Below, one piece after another: positions 13,768-26,870 of a DNA stretch of 64,000 nucleotides. This DNA comes from Lepidodermella squamata (Eukaryota > Animalia > Gastrotricha): the NCBI GenBank assembly GCA_047495785.1, contig JBLDXI010000004.1, positions 2,666,001-2,730,000 on the forward strand. The letters are read 5' to 3'. The notes beneath the pieces were generated by a model that saw nothing but the letters and a program-made list of their open reading frames with translations, did no database searches and was not told the origin of the DNA. Within the stretch, counting starts at the first letter, position 1. Every line of letters starts with the position of its first letter. Both the position numbers and the translations under genes were made by a program.

Positions 13768-16122
13768 TTGTGGAGTCACTAAAAAGTCGAGCGCTGATTG
13801 GTTAATTGAGCGTTGCTAAGACTCCGGAATGAAAAATTTCTGCCGTGCTATCCACAAATAAATAATTTATTTGTTACGTTAGAAATGGTTTGGGTTGGGT
13901 TAGGGTTGAAGACTGGGTCTTAAACAGTGGCGTAACCCGTAACCAGCTGGTTGTTTTGGTTGGTCAAACAACTACATACCAAGATGAAAACTCAAAAACC
14001 CCTCCCGCGGCCTAAAAAAGCCTCGCTAAAATTGCTTAAATGGGGAGGATATGTTTGCAAATTGCCAAAAATTGTATCGCTTCGCTCGAAGTCTCGATAT
14101 CGTTGATTGAAAATCGGCACTAGTCGGCCTTGAATTATCCTGGGAGAAATTCAAATTACATCCTCAGATCTATTTGGAACTGATTGGAATAAATTGGTAC
14201 GGAATTCAATGACGTTTAGTACTGAATTCAATCATTTAATTCGGTAATGATTCACTATTTCCCGTGAATGTAGTTAAATTTAGAGGATCAACAACATTCT
14301 CAAAACGAAATAGGGAAAGTGCTGTCGCTGTAAACAGCGTTAAATGTTGTTTTTCAAGTTGATTTGGCACGCGAACAGCTTACGGCCTTTTGTGAACAGC
14401 TAATACATTGAACCAGTTGAACCCTTTGAACTCGTCGCCGTCAACATCTGTGACCCTGGCGCGTGGCAACTCGAGCTCAAGCTCGACCTCGATTTTTCGA
14501 CATTTTTTGATAAAATAAAGACGTACATATCTGGAGCTTGTGTGAGAACATGACTCACTAATCTTTTTATTCTCTAGCTTGGAATATTAACTGCTATTAG
14601 CATAGCATAGCATAGCGATATCTTTATTACACCATTATTATTAGTCATTAAATATTAACAAAGATTTCAGTGCAAAGAAAATGAGTAGGCAAAATGATAA
14701 AATAAAAATCACTCGACGTACCCAGCGAGCTGTTGATTAAATTAACGTCGAGAGTGCCGAGCGTGGCGAGCGAAGTGAGCCTCAATTGTCACTTTTTCGC
14801 GAAATCATCGGTTGAAAATGCGATGATAATGCTTCGAATTAGAAAATCTTGGATCTTGGAAGAAGCTCACTAAAACGCAACTCAATGCTATAAGATTTAG
14901 TTCGCTTTTCTATAAAATTGTCATATTTCCTACACCCAATTTTGCCTGTTCACTTGAAGCGTTGAATGTTGATTTTATTACATCTGATGAGCGTGTGCTG
15001 CCTCCATTCATGAGCATCGTACACAGCTAGCACAGATAGCTTTATCACTTTGAGTAATCAGATTTCAGGCCCAGTGATGAATTTTACAGATTTCAGAACG
15101 GATTTCCGGGTCAATATATCAGAAAATGGGCCGAAATTTCTCATTTCTGTTTCCATTGTTTGTCTTCGCCTTGTTGATCTCACGGCATATCAAACGCTTA
15201 TCGACTGTCGCACAATCGCACGCTTATCCTTAACGTGATCAACAATCGAAAATCGATAACACAAAAAAGGCGCTGCTTCTTTTTTGCTTCTAGTGTCGCG
15301 TGTTTCAGTTCTCGATAACAAAACAAAATATGGCCTGTTATCGGCTTGTCAACACCCACCATGAAGCTCGTGAGTTTACGCTAATGAATGAATGATTGTT
15401 CGGGCACGTGCCGATACGAAAAATAAAAATAAGTCTTTTTTCACACACAAATACATTTTTAGTTTATCAAACATTAAATATTTATGAAACCGAACTTTAC
15501 TAGAGTTCCGCTGACCACGGAACAAAGCTGGTCTGACACTGGTCGTTTCTCACAGATGTATCCCATAGAACATAGAACAGGATAATTTCAGTTTCTTTGG
15601 CAAGGCAGGGTTGCTATAGATGATAGTTTATTAATTGATTGAGAAATCGTTGTGGTTTTCATTTTTATTTTTTTTCTTGATTGTGGGCTCTTCACCTGTC
15701 CCCTTCACTCTTTTTCTCAGGTAGCAAAGTTGATTAGGACGCATGCCCGCTCGACGCCCTTACAGTATTTTTCCCGAAGTTTTAGTTTACCTTGTATACA
15801 TATTTGGTTACCTAAAATTTCATTTTTAGCAAAAGATTGATCGGTTTGAGGTTATGGTTAGGTGACAGGCTTATGTTTAAGGTTAGCTTTAGGGTTAGGT
15901 TTTTAATAAGTCTCGGCTTTTGGGTAACTTCGAATTGTAGGGTTCAGTACTTTGTCAGTAGCTGTTTTTAACCAGAACCGAGTGATTATATGTATTCATT
16001 TGCGTTATGCAGCTTAAATTTTGTGACAGATTGTGTATGAATGCAATTTGAAAATTAATAATACTATCAAATTTATTAAATAAATAATTGTCACATTAAT
16101 TCTAGATTTTTCAAGATAAAAC

Positions 16123-19100
16123 ATGCTTTTTTCGAGACATTTCTTCGTAGAGATGGCTTGCATCATCGCCATTATCGCTCAAGGCGTAATGAATGTAAGC
16201 TTACAATTTAGACAATTTTTGCATTTGTTTATTTATTTGTTAATTCATTGGCTCCACAGGATGAAAAGGCCGATGCCGAGCAGGTGCGACAAATCCTATA
16301 CAAGCTCTATTCTCAGAAGCGACTGGATGGTGGCCGAGAAATAGTGAGATATTTCACGCATATTCTTAGAAATAACCGAATAGAATAAATATAAATAACC
16401 GAAAAGCCCATCGGAATTTGATGATAAGCGGTACCACAAAAGGGAATTTTCCGCCCAGTCAAATTTCTCGTAATTTTCAAGATTTATTCTTAAACTAAGT
16501 TCCGTTAGCATTGTGAAACGTGTCAGAAAAAAGACAGAGGCTAGGTGTGGTGACAACTGATCAAGCTTCTATTTAACATGCGACAACTCGGCACGACTAT
16601 TAGGCAAACTCAATTCGACACTAAAAATTTCAAGGACCGAAAACGACAATTCGGCAAAACGATAACTCGACATGATGAAAATCACCAATATGGGTAAACG
16701 ACGACTCGGCAGGAATACATTTCTGCCACTTCTGCCACTGCCGAGTAGTATTTTTGCCGAGTTGTCGTTTTCGATCGAATAAAAATTATTGTCGAATTGA
16801 CACTTGCTGAATTGTCGCTGCCGAATTTCCCAGTTGTTGTTGATCAATTGTCATACATAGGACTGAATCTTTGGGGCCATTTCACTCTAAACCCTTTCAC
16901 GACCGTAAAGAGGATTTACTTGAATAGAAGAGGAATTCGGACTTCGCCTGACCCGTTATTCAAAGAAGGGGTGCTCTTATCAAGGTCTCGTACATTTAAA
17001 AAGCTAAAAACGGCACGATTTGAGGCGCTAATTCTTTTGGATCGTAAACAGCCCTACCTATATGAAAGAGCTTCAGGGAGAACAGGGAGAGGACTTTTAT
17101 TCAAATGCTTTTCACCCAAAATTATTGTCTGGTTTCGCCACTGTCGATAAAATTAAGGATTGATGAATCAGAATTCAACCGATAGCTTGCTAGCCGAAAC
17201 TCGTATTCGAATTCAGTTTTCAAATCCTGTATCGCCTGGGCGCCTAGTCCTCAAAATTGCAGTGCGCTGGAAATTCGATATCCCCGAATACCTATTAGTA
17301 AATTGGTAATCTAGGAATCATCGAATAGCAAAATCAAAGCTACAGTAATCGGCCGACCAATCATTTATAGCCTAGGCCCATTCTTGCTCCGACGACGGAG
17401 TCCCTTAGCTTTCAAATACTATCGTTAAGATGCGCCGTACTCACTCTTCGCTCAAAGATGAAACAGATTTCGAACAAATTATCGAAAAATCATATTTTTT
17501 GGCCGAAAGTGTATTTCGGGTGGGAGTAGTCATTTATTGGTTTAATAATTTGCCTGAAAATATTTAAAATGCCTTTTCACTTGTGTTCCGTTGCCAATCA
17601 CAGTTGCCTATTGAGAAATTCGAGGTGCCGAAGACGAAGGCCGGGCTGAGGCCGAGCGTGGCGCAATCTATGTACGACAAATTCATGGCTAGGCACCACA
17701 GCAGCAAAGCAGATGCAACCGACGACAGCGAAAGCGTGCCCAATCTCAGATCAGCATCGTCTAGAGCCTGGCAGCTGCCGTTGCCTGTTTATATTAGCGA
17801 GGATTATGATCGGAGTGAGTTGACACGATGTTGCTGTAACAGGATTCTAACTAAACACCTGTAACTTGATAGCTCCCGAATTCTATGCCAAGTTCATCGT
17901 TGCTCTCGACCTTTACAAGCAACACACGTGCTTCGATTACAACCTAACAAACGATTGGGTTGTTCTATTGGTTAACCAAGACGTGTAAGTTAGCTATGAT
18001 GCACAATCATTTGGTGATTTTGCTCTTTTCCAGCGTAACATTCACGCCAGGCCACTTCGCGGGAAATACCATGACGAATGCATACATAGATGTACCTATT
18101 ACAGTGAGTACCGTCGGAATAATTTGTCATTAGAAATCAGCCGTTGCTCCCAAGCTTTAAAAATTGTAACAAGATGTAACAATTTGGGTGGCCAAATTGA
18201 AGAGTGGCACCCTGTAGAGACCAAATTGAAGTCTATGATCTACACGACTTACACGCCTAAACGGTTTTCATGAAATTATAATAAATTTGATATTCATTAG
18301 AATTGAAATTAAAACATTGCATACGTAATTTATTAATAATTATTTGCCTGTAATTGGAAAAAATGAATTTGGAATCGATTTTTCAGCTAAGAACCGACAT
18401 TGCAGGAAATACGTTTCATTTTATTGCTAGAAAGCTAAGCCCTTATTTATTCCGAAACCATTTTCTCAATTTCATGTGCATACAGGGGGAGGGCCAGTGA
18501 CTATCGAAGCAAGTTATTCATTTATTTTGACAGGCTATTCATCGCATTTTGGCCTTTGACATCGGCGTGGTAAGTCAAGCTCTATTCTTTTATTCGCTCA
18601 TAAATGTGGACGTTACAGGAAGAGGAGGCCACTCGCCCTGATCGGGATACGTACTTGACGGCGACGGGATAGTAAATAATGTTCGCCCAAACAACTTTTT
18701 CATATTTATTTGTATGATAGCGATTGGAAGAAAGTTATTCCAGCCGAGCAGTTCGAAGGTTACGGTGTACCCTTCGACTACGCGTCCGCAACAATGGTAC
18801 ATCCACTTGTAAACGATGGCGAAGTGAAACCGAAGGACTGGCGCTACGTTGGCGCCATGAATGCCCCGCTGCCGTCTTTCAACAACTTTAAAGTTATCAA
18901 CATGTTTTACGACTGCCTAGGTGAGATAAATCAAGCTACATTTTATGCGTCTCGTTTCAAATCACGATTCTTCCTTCTGGCAGCTCTCTGCAGTGGGCCG
19001 GCTCCGAACTGTACCCACGGCGGCTATCGGGATCCCAAGAATTGCGCCATCTGCAAATGCCCGCCCGGTTTCGGCGGTCCCTTCTGCGACGATTTGCCTG

Positions 19101-21091
19101 TATTTCCTGGTGAAACTTGCGGCGGTGTGATCTATCTGGAACCAGGAGTCTCGCAAGCCATCGAATCGCCAAATTATCCTAACAGTTACCCAATCGGCAG
19201 TACGTGTTCCTGGCGAGTCATCAGCAGCCAGGTGACATCTTGTTGCCTTCTTGAACTTGAACCTCAAATTTTCAACGCAATTACAGCCTGGCATTGTGTT
19301 TGGTTTCGATGGCAAACCTGATCTAACAGTTGGAGTAGGTAAGCACCAATTGAAGTTTTCGAATTTGGGTTATTAATTGGAAAGATTCGCATGCCGGTTG
19401 GCTAGTTTGACTACACTACGGAAAAAAGTAGCTGATAATTAGCTAAAGGGTGGCCAAAAATGCCGCAGAATGTGAATTTGATGCGCATCAACTTATTTGG
19501 AGTATTTAGTAGTATTTTTTGCCAATGAGAGTCCTCAGTAAAAATGATGCGTATCAAATTCACATTCTGCGGCATTTTTGGCCACCCTGTTGAGACCAAA
19601 TTGAAGTCTATGATCTACATGACTTGCCCGCCTAACAATGGTTTTCATGTAGATCGTTGACTCCAGTTTTGGTCTGTAGCTAATTATCAGCAAATAAACC
19701 ATTTTTTTCCTAGTGTACCTATGTGGGAAGGCATGAATGCAAAAACAGCTGGCCAATCGGAGTTCGTAATCCTTACTTGAACCCAAAAACACTTGAAGAA
19801 TCTGCCGATTTGTTTTTAAATATTGATATTATTCTGATTCTGCTATAACGCAGTGGATGATGGATGGTCAAGTAGCACCGAAAGCTGTTTCGATTACGTC
19901 GAATTTCGCAACCCCGTCGATGGTACTCAGCCTTACTTCCGAATTTGCTCCTATGGCGTTAGCTCGGGGAAAATCTACGAGACGGAGGGGAAAACAGCTG
20001 TTGTGCACTTCAAAGCCAACTCAGAAAACCCTGGCAAAGGCTTCAAACTGGTAGCGCGATCGAGTTTACCAACAGACAATCTGTTGGAGTTGAGGCTGAC
20101 CGCGACTGGTTACGACTACGAAGGCCAGGTTTCGAAGACAAAATCTGGTCGCCCTTGCTTACCGTGGCCTGCCCCAACAACCTGGGTTGAGAAATTCCAG
20201 TATCCTCGCGGATTGGTGGAGCTGTCGCAGAATTTCTGCCGCAACCCACTGTCGCGCGCCACTGGTCCTTATTGCTTCATAAGCGTGGGCAATGCCACGG
20301 TGGAGGAGTCGTGCGACATCCCTATAACACCGTCTCCTGGTAATTTCTATTCAAGGCTCAAAGCTCATTTCTAAACATGCACGAATTTACCGTATCAGTT
20401 AAGCCTCGTCCGGCATTTGGTCGATGCATGGCGAGTTCGACGAACGAATATCAAGGCTGCAAAGCTAATTGTCCCACTAGCGAATACTCGCTGAAAGGCA
20501 GTAAAACCTTCGCTTCTACAAGTTCATGCGAGAAAGGGGTTAGATTTATTGCACTTTGAAAATTCTAACAAAAATAAGTTGTTTTATTCACAGTCGGCTA
20601 TAAAATGTGAGAAGGTTGTGCGAGGAGTCACCACATACCGATGCATTGGAGGTGATATGAGTTGCGACAAAGCAGCTGGAGAGCGACAGGTTTTAGCGTT
20701 TCAGGCAGTTTTCTCCTGTTTTCAAATTATTTTTCCATTTCCTCAAGTTGCAAGTATACAATGGCTATCGCTATTTCTCAAGAAATTTTCTGTCATGTCA
20801 ACACTCCGACGGCATGGTTTGTTGCTGTTTGATTCTCAAACTACTTTGTGATTCAGTAATTTCCCGCAAATTAGACTTACGTCCGCTGCTTTAACAATCG
20901 AACGAAAGAATTCGCGGAATGCCGCCGAAAGGCTCTTGGCTGCCACCAGGATGAAGTGAGTTTAAATCGTACCTTTCCAACCATTTTTTACCGTCATTTT
21001 TCTAATACCACAGTTCGCCCTTCCCTCGTCAAAACAAGATCCCATCAGATCGCCACAACAGTGCTATAGTGGTCTTCCTATTACAGCCTAA
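16123..21091 (+). CDS. Secreted astacin-like pseudo-peptidase, EGF, CUB, kringle and three 4-Cys repeats (copy 1)
   Basis: Astacin landmarks RAWQLPLPVYI, YKQHTCF, TRPDRD, YGVPFDYAS, INMFYDC; EGF CTHGGYRDPKNCAICKCPPGFGG; CUB IESPNYP...CFDYVEFR; kringle YEGQVSKTKSGRPCLPW...NFCRNP; open frame through short GT-AG introns to TAA 21089-21091. Confidence 0.85.
16550..16854. repeat. Foldback/MITE built from CGACAACTCGGCA-like units (also at 38835-39139)
   Basis: Ends TGACAACTGATCAA / TTGATCAATTGTCA, with internal direct and inverted units. Confidence 0.6.
19447..19588. mobile_element. Palindromic MITE in an intron of astacin-like copy 1
   Basis: ~45 bp TIR AGGGTGGCCAAAAATGCCGCAGAATGTGAATTTGAT; absent from the matching intron of copy 2. 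Confidence 0.8.
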
Positions 21092-21918
21092 AAGCCACAT
21101 GAAGCCACACTCTTATTCTTCTTGACTTGATTCGAATGACAACTGTTATCTTTATTGTCAAATGATCTGTTATCACGTGATATCACGCTAATATTTAACA
21201 TCGATGTTAATAGCAGGCTGTTAGTTTTTCTTTTGAATAGTTGGTCGCTAAAAAAAATTTTCATCGTTTCCGGCTTCCAAAGCAGCTTGTGGAAACGGTC
21301 ATAAACAGCAGATAAATTGCGACAGATAACAACAGTTCCTTACAGCTCCCCCAAACTGCAGTGTCCCATTGTTATGTCAGATCCATTACGGACCATCGGA
21401 AATAAACTTGAATCTTCAGTTAAGAGCGATAAGCTTTTGTCATATCGGATGGAAAATATATACTATTTGGAAAAGCGGAAAAATCGCAAGTTGTTGCATT
21501 TTCATCGCCAATTATTTCGCCGGAATCCGGAATCCGATTCCAAGAAGAATGTCAGAAAAGTTTACCACACACTTGTGTCCGTTAAACACGTGAGCAGCTG
21601 CAGCTATGCAAAAACCCGAAACGAATTATTGGCAACAGCAGCAGCAAAGCTGCCGCAGTAGCGCCGGGGGGAACCTTTGAGACTGACGAGAACAATGATG
21701 GTAATTCTACCTCGGAACTATCGGGTAAGGCCTGACTCGAGCCTGCTGTAATCTCTACGCATGCCAAGACCAAGATCCACCGTACCCTTCCATATCCTCA
21801 CGCAACGGCAGCACTAAGCGAACGGCGTTACCTCACAGTGGCGTTGAATGCGCCACATGAAGAAAGGCACGCCTGGCAAGCGACAGCGGTGCTCGAGGAT
21901 GGAGACTCTGACGTAATA

Positions 21919-22932
21919 GTCGTAGGACGGAATCTCAGGATGGCGTCCTGCGCCGTGCGAAGGGTGCTAGGTAAACGGAGGAGACCAGTTAAGCACATTA
22001 TGTACAAAAGAGGTGACACCCCTAGCACCACCGATTCACACCGTACATTTGGGACCCGCCAAGCGATTTCGTCCCTTATTAATCATTTGAAAAATATCCA
22101 AACGCTAGCTATGATTAGAACTAATTCCATTCATAAACCGTTTTGCTATATAAATAACTTCGGCCTTAGATGTATTTTCTGCTATAAAAATAGTAACAAT
22201 CCCGTCCTATCTCTAAATAGCTTCGCTGACTCAGTAGAACTTTTAACTCGCCTATACCTAGAATGCAACTACTTGCCGTATCTACATAATATAAATAACG
22301 CTGAAATGAAACCTGATAAAACTGACATAATTAATTCTATAATTTGCTGTGAATCTAGCGGCTCTGCACATTTATCGAAATTACTATCCCTCGCCTACAA
22401 TTACCGGATGACTCTAAAATTGCATACATATCCGCCTATTCCATCTACCTAGTCTTGACCAACTATATCGGCAATATTAATAAAAAATGTGAATAAATAT
22501 TACCCTGAGCATCACTCTGGAAAAAACTACCTCTGCCTATGATATTTTTGTGTGTGTGGTACCATACTGTGCTATATTACATTTATTATATATTATACGA
22601 TATTATTATAACGATATTTCTGATGCGCCCAAAGCCCAATCGTGGCCGGTGCTTTTATTTTCGTTTTGAAACAATAAAACCAACAGCTCTCTCTTTAATC
22701 ATTTGAAAAGACAACATCTGGCGCATAGTCCCAATTGCACAACACCCACTTTTCGAATGATTGAACACCGAGATAGGGCCGAAGTCGCTTGGCGGGTCCC
22801 AAATGTACGGTGTGAATCGGTGGTGCTAGGGGTGTCACCTCTTTTGTACATAATGTGCTTAACTGGTCTCCTCCGTTTACCCAGCACCCTTCGCACGGCG
22901 CAGGACGCCATCCTGAGATTCCGTCCTACGAC
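21919..22932. mobile_element. Non-autonomous DNA transposon with ~150 bp TIRs and TA flanks
   Basis: 21919-22070 is the near-perfect reverse complement of 22780-22932. Confidence 0.85.
22094..22694 (+). mobile_element. 5'-truncated LINE 3' end nested in the TIR element
   Basis: 15-bp TSD TTAATCATTTGAAAA (22079-22093 and 22695-22709); open frame with CIFC...E...LYLEC resembling a LINE C-terminal zinc finger; AATAAA and (CT)n tail. Confidence 0.75.
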
Positions 22933-24768
22933 TATACCGTAGATGTACCGTAGATCTAGAGCTTAGCGGAACGGTAATTCTTCAGCACGGTGTCATAGTT
23001 TTCACTTGAAAACTTTCTTCTATATAAATGAAACTGTCTGGTTTGAAACTAACGCAAAAAACTATTCAGGGGCACCTTTAAAATACTAGCATGTCCGAAA
23101 CTGCACGATAGCTCAGTTGATAAGGTGCCTGGCTTCGAGTGTTGAATTGAGGGTTCAAATGGCATCTGCTACCGTCATTTTTTCTGTCCACCTACCGTAC
23201 CGTGCTAAATGGCAACGTGCTCACTACAGTAGAACTACGGTAAGAAATACAGAGGAGATCGGCGCTTTTAGAAATAGGGCTAATACCATCTAACCCGAGA
23301 GTTGTAGAAAGCTATCGGCGAGTCAAAGTGTATGCTAAATTGAACCAAGCGCTGGCTAACGGAAAACTCAGCGATACTGGGGGTTGAAGAGGCTCAGTTC
23401 GTGGAAGATAGTGAAGTAGGACCGCGGAACCATCCCTAACGGTAGTTCTGTTGCTGTGTCAAGTGGCAAGTGGCCGTTTCCTCGCTCTTAAAAAATAGGA
23501 CTAATAAGGCCTCTAAAGTCTCAAGGCGATACACGCAGTATCGGCTACCACGCACCTGGGAAAGGAGAACGCGGCGGTTCTGGGAGTTGTAGAGATCCAG
23601 TTCGTCGCAGATCAAGTTCGGACGCGTCAAACTGCCGGTGATAGCAGCCTAAGAGCCTCTGACGCGGTAGTCGTGAAACGGACTGCCAGAATTGCGCTGA
23701 GTGTTTTGTTTTGCAACATGGCGACGTGGAACTGTTGCCGCTAAAGGCAAGCCTAGGCAGTGACCGATTCCATTCTGAGCCCTTTACTCTGGCTCTGACA
23801 AAGTAGCTCCCTTACTATAAACGAGGTGACATCCTCAGCCTACGTGCCTTGGGACTTACCAAGGGCTCTGGGTGAACAGATGAGATCACAGTTGTGGATT
23901 ACAAGGGAGTACAACGGAGGTGCTACTTGACATCCTTTCCCCACTCGTAGAAAATGGGACTAATAGCATCCAACCAATAGGTATTAGAGTCTCAAGGCGA
24001 TGCACGTTATCGGCTACCACGCGCCGGAGAACGGAGAACTCGGCGGTTCTGGGAGCTGAAGAGGCTCAGTTCGTTGAAGATCGGGTACGGACATCGGGAG
24101 CGACGAACTGTTCGGGATAGTTAGAGCCTAAAAGCAACTAATTCAGTGAACGGCGTAATGGATTTCAATGGGTTTTGGCACGTGGCTGTGCAGCGTCCGG
24201 GAGAATGAGCAGGGGATGGGGTCGGCTTCGGAGGTGAAAACACAGTGTCTCTCCCTACGATTTGGACGGAGATTGCCGCTGGATCAGCTGAAACACCGAG
24301 TCGGACAGCAATACACATAACCGAACCGTCAGCCCGAACCGTCTCACTACACTTTAGAATCAACGGTATTCGCCGCAAACCGGCGGTCTGAAAGCGCAAC
24401 TTGAATGCAGGCGACAAGGCAATTCACGATTAACGCTGTGTGTCTTTCTCTGACGAGTGTTGCTCCGGCATCATAAGTGATGGTCATGATTCGGCATCGA
24501 ACAGCAGTGCCTCGGTCGAGTCAATGCAGATCAATACATCGACATTCTGCGGCGGGCTGAAATCGACAGAATTGACAGAATCGAAGCCACGTCAATTGCT
24601 GGCCAATACTTGATTGTTTACTCACTATGTGATTGCTGAATAAAACCACGCTTTGAAGTAAAAAATCTCAAGAAAAGGTTAATTTTCAGTCACCGGCAAG
24701 AAGTTTTGTCCGATAGTGTACATCTGTAATGTATGCGGTGGTTAACTACTCAGTTATCGCCAAGTTTT

Positions 24769-25825
24769 ATTGGCAACAGCAGCAGCATAGCTGCTACAGT
24801 AGCGCCGGGGGAACCCATTTGACACCTTTCTCGAATTCCTAAACCTTAAACAGTGTATTGTTTACACGTGGATAACATTGTTATTTATGAGTCGTTAAAC
24901 GAGTAAACTCAACAAAAAATTCGAGTTACGTGTTACTTCCTTAGCTGTTAGTTTCTTGTCGTATAACGAGATTGGTAATACTTGATGAGTCAACACTACA
25001 CTTTTGTTGTTCTGAGGTAACTATGGCCTTGGATCAAGCCTACTTCCGGATTTGGCTCGATCCAAGCAAAGGTGTCTTCGTCGACGATTTCCTCCACGCG
25101 CGTGGAAGTTAAACCTAAATTTCCATCATTTCAAATCAACAGCGGCGACGTTGTTCAGGATTTGTTTCACACATAAAAGGCCTATAGTCATATCGCACAA
25201 AAAGTAATAGTTGCTTCCGATCACTGAGTAAGAGCGAATACCATCAAAACGAGCGAACATATGAAAAATCGTTTGAAAGCCACATCCTATCACCTGTTGC
25301 CATTCTGCCATCCGAAACATCGAAACACCTGATGCTCGCTTACGCTTAAGGAATCGGCAACGCCTGGTAGTCAGCGCCCTCAGGATTGTAGGCAATGAGG
25401 TTGCGCAGGGCAGGTCGTTCAGAAACCGCGGGCTTTCATGCTCCGGAGTCCACGGGTTTTCCGGAGGCTCTGGTACAACCGTGTAGCAAGGAAACAAGCC
25501 GAATTCTACGGGCCGAATTGCGGCTCCGAATGTCGAGGAAAAGGAAAGCCTCATTTGCTGGGATCGAGTCTAATTCGGACCACAAAATTGTATCGTCGAC
25601 AACAGACAACAGACCATCGAAGCACATCGTTTCTGAACGAGATGCCCTGTACGTAATACAAAGTTTGCCGCAGTTGAACTCGAAGGCACTTTTATTGAGT
25701 TTACTCGTCTAACGACTCATAAATAACAATTTTATCCACGCAACAGTGTAAACAATACACTGTTTGAATTCAGAGAAAGATGTCAAATTGGTTCTCCCGG
25801 CGCTACTGTTGCTGCTGTTGCCAAT
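24769..25825. mobile_element. Non-autonomous element with ~145 bp imperfect TIRs; a solo end also lies at ~21628-21683
   Basis: ATTGGCAACAGCAGC...GAGTAAACTCAA mirrored at 25690-25825. Confidence 0.75.
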
Positions 25826-26269
25826 CAGTCGAACCGTGCCGCAGACGAAATCCGAAATATAACCCACGTCCGACGTCGCTTTACTGACTTATATGTCCTG
25901 AAAGGCAGTGCGGATTCACCGAAATAGCCCGACTGACGTACAGGCGATTGCGGAAAACAAGATCCTTCAAACTAATCGCCGCAACACCCTCGTTGAGATT
26001 GCAATGAAGTTGTGCGGGGCAGCTCGCTCAAAAACCGTGTGCTTCAATGCTCCGGAGTCAACGATACATTTTCGTTAATCTCCACACGGGGCTCTCTTGG
26101 ACCGAATTCGTTCGTCGGTTTGAGCGTATCACAATAATATAGAGCACATCACAAAATGTCACTGAGTTCCAGCCTCGGCCCTCGACTAAGACTAAGAAAA
26201 CACTAAATCTGCCATAGATTCGGACACTTGTTGATCGTTGATTAGAGACGGAGACATTTGTTGAAGTCT

Positions 26270-26700
26270 TTTACGAAAGTTTGCCGTGATCGCCTCGTAA
26301 AAATGCGGCATAATTTTGCATTATATACGTGCGGGGCAGTAGCTCGTTCGAAACCGTGTGCTTCGATGCTCCGGAGTCAATGATTTCCACTTTCGTGGCT
26401 CTGAAACCACGCCGTCATGACGCCGTCGTGCTCATGCGGCAGCAGCAACGCAACAAGCCGACTTCCACGCGTCAACTTCGGCCACGACTGTGGAGGAAAA
26501 CAACGTTAAAGCATCATTGATTAGGACCGAGTCTAATGCATCTTCCGGCGACACCATGGTTGCCTCCGAGCAACGAAAGTGGAAATCATTGACTCCGGAG
26601 CATCGAAGCACACGGTTTCGAACGAGCTACTGCTCCGCACGTATATAATGCAAATTATGCCGCAGTTTTACGAGGCCTTCACAGCAAAATTTCGTAAAAA
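26270..26700. repeat. ~125 bp inverted repeat whose arm encodes a copia-like protease motif
   Basis: 26270-26397 is the reverse complement of 26572-26700; the arm reads IIDSGASKHTVSNELLLRTY. Confidence 0.7.
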
Positions 26701-26870
26701 CTTCGTAAAAATTCGGCAAGCGGCAAGAAAAGCTGCGGTAAAACACATGGGTTCTGAACGAGCTGTCCTGCACCACTTCATTGCTTACACTATTCGAAAT
26801 TCTAACATTCAACATTCACGACGACATGAACTTGGGCTAAGGTTTACGGTTTGTTTCGTATGACGTGGGC

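Larger units (their letters stand above)
13105..21350. repeat. Segmental duplication, copy 1 (partner 35390-44180)
   Basis: 13105 to ~16835 is nearly identical to the sequence from 35390 (offset 22285); beyond that it is homologous but visibly diverged. Confidence 0.95.

Noticed and set aside
15845-15905. TTAGGG-like run as a telomere (also 13888-13908)
   Set aside because: Short, degenerate and interstitial.
16550-16854. Spaced short repeats as a CRISPR array
   Set aside because: Units are degenerate, irregularly spaced and switch orientation; eukaryotic context with no cas genes.
21838-22452. 204 aa ORF as a host gene
   Set aside because: Chance fusion of a TIR arm with a nested LINE fragment.
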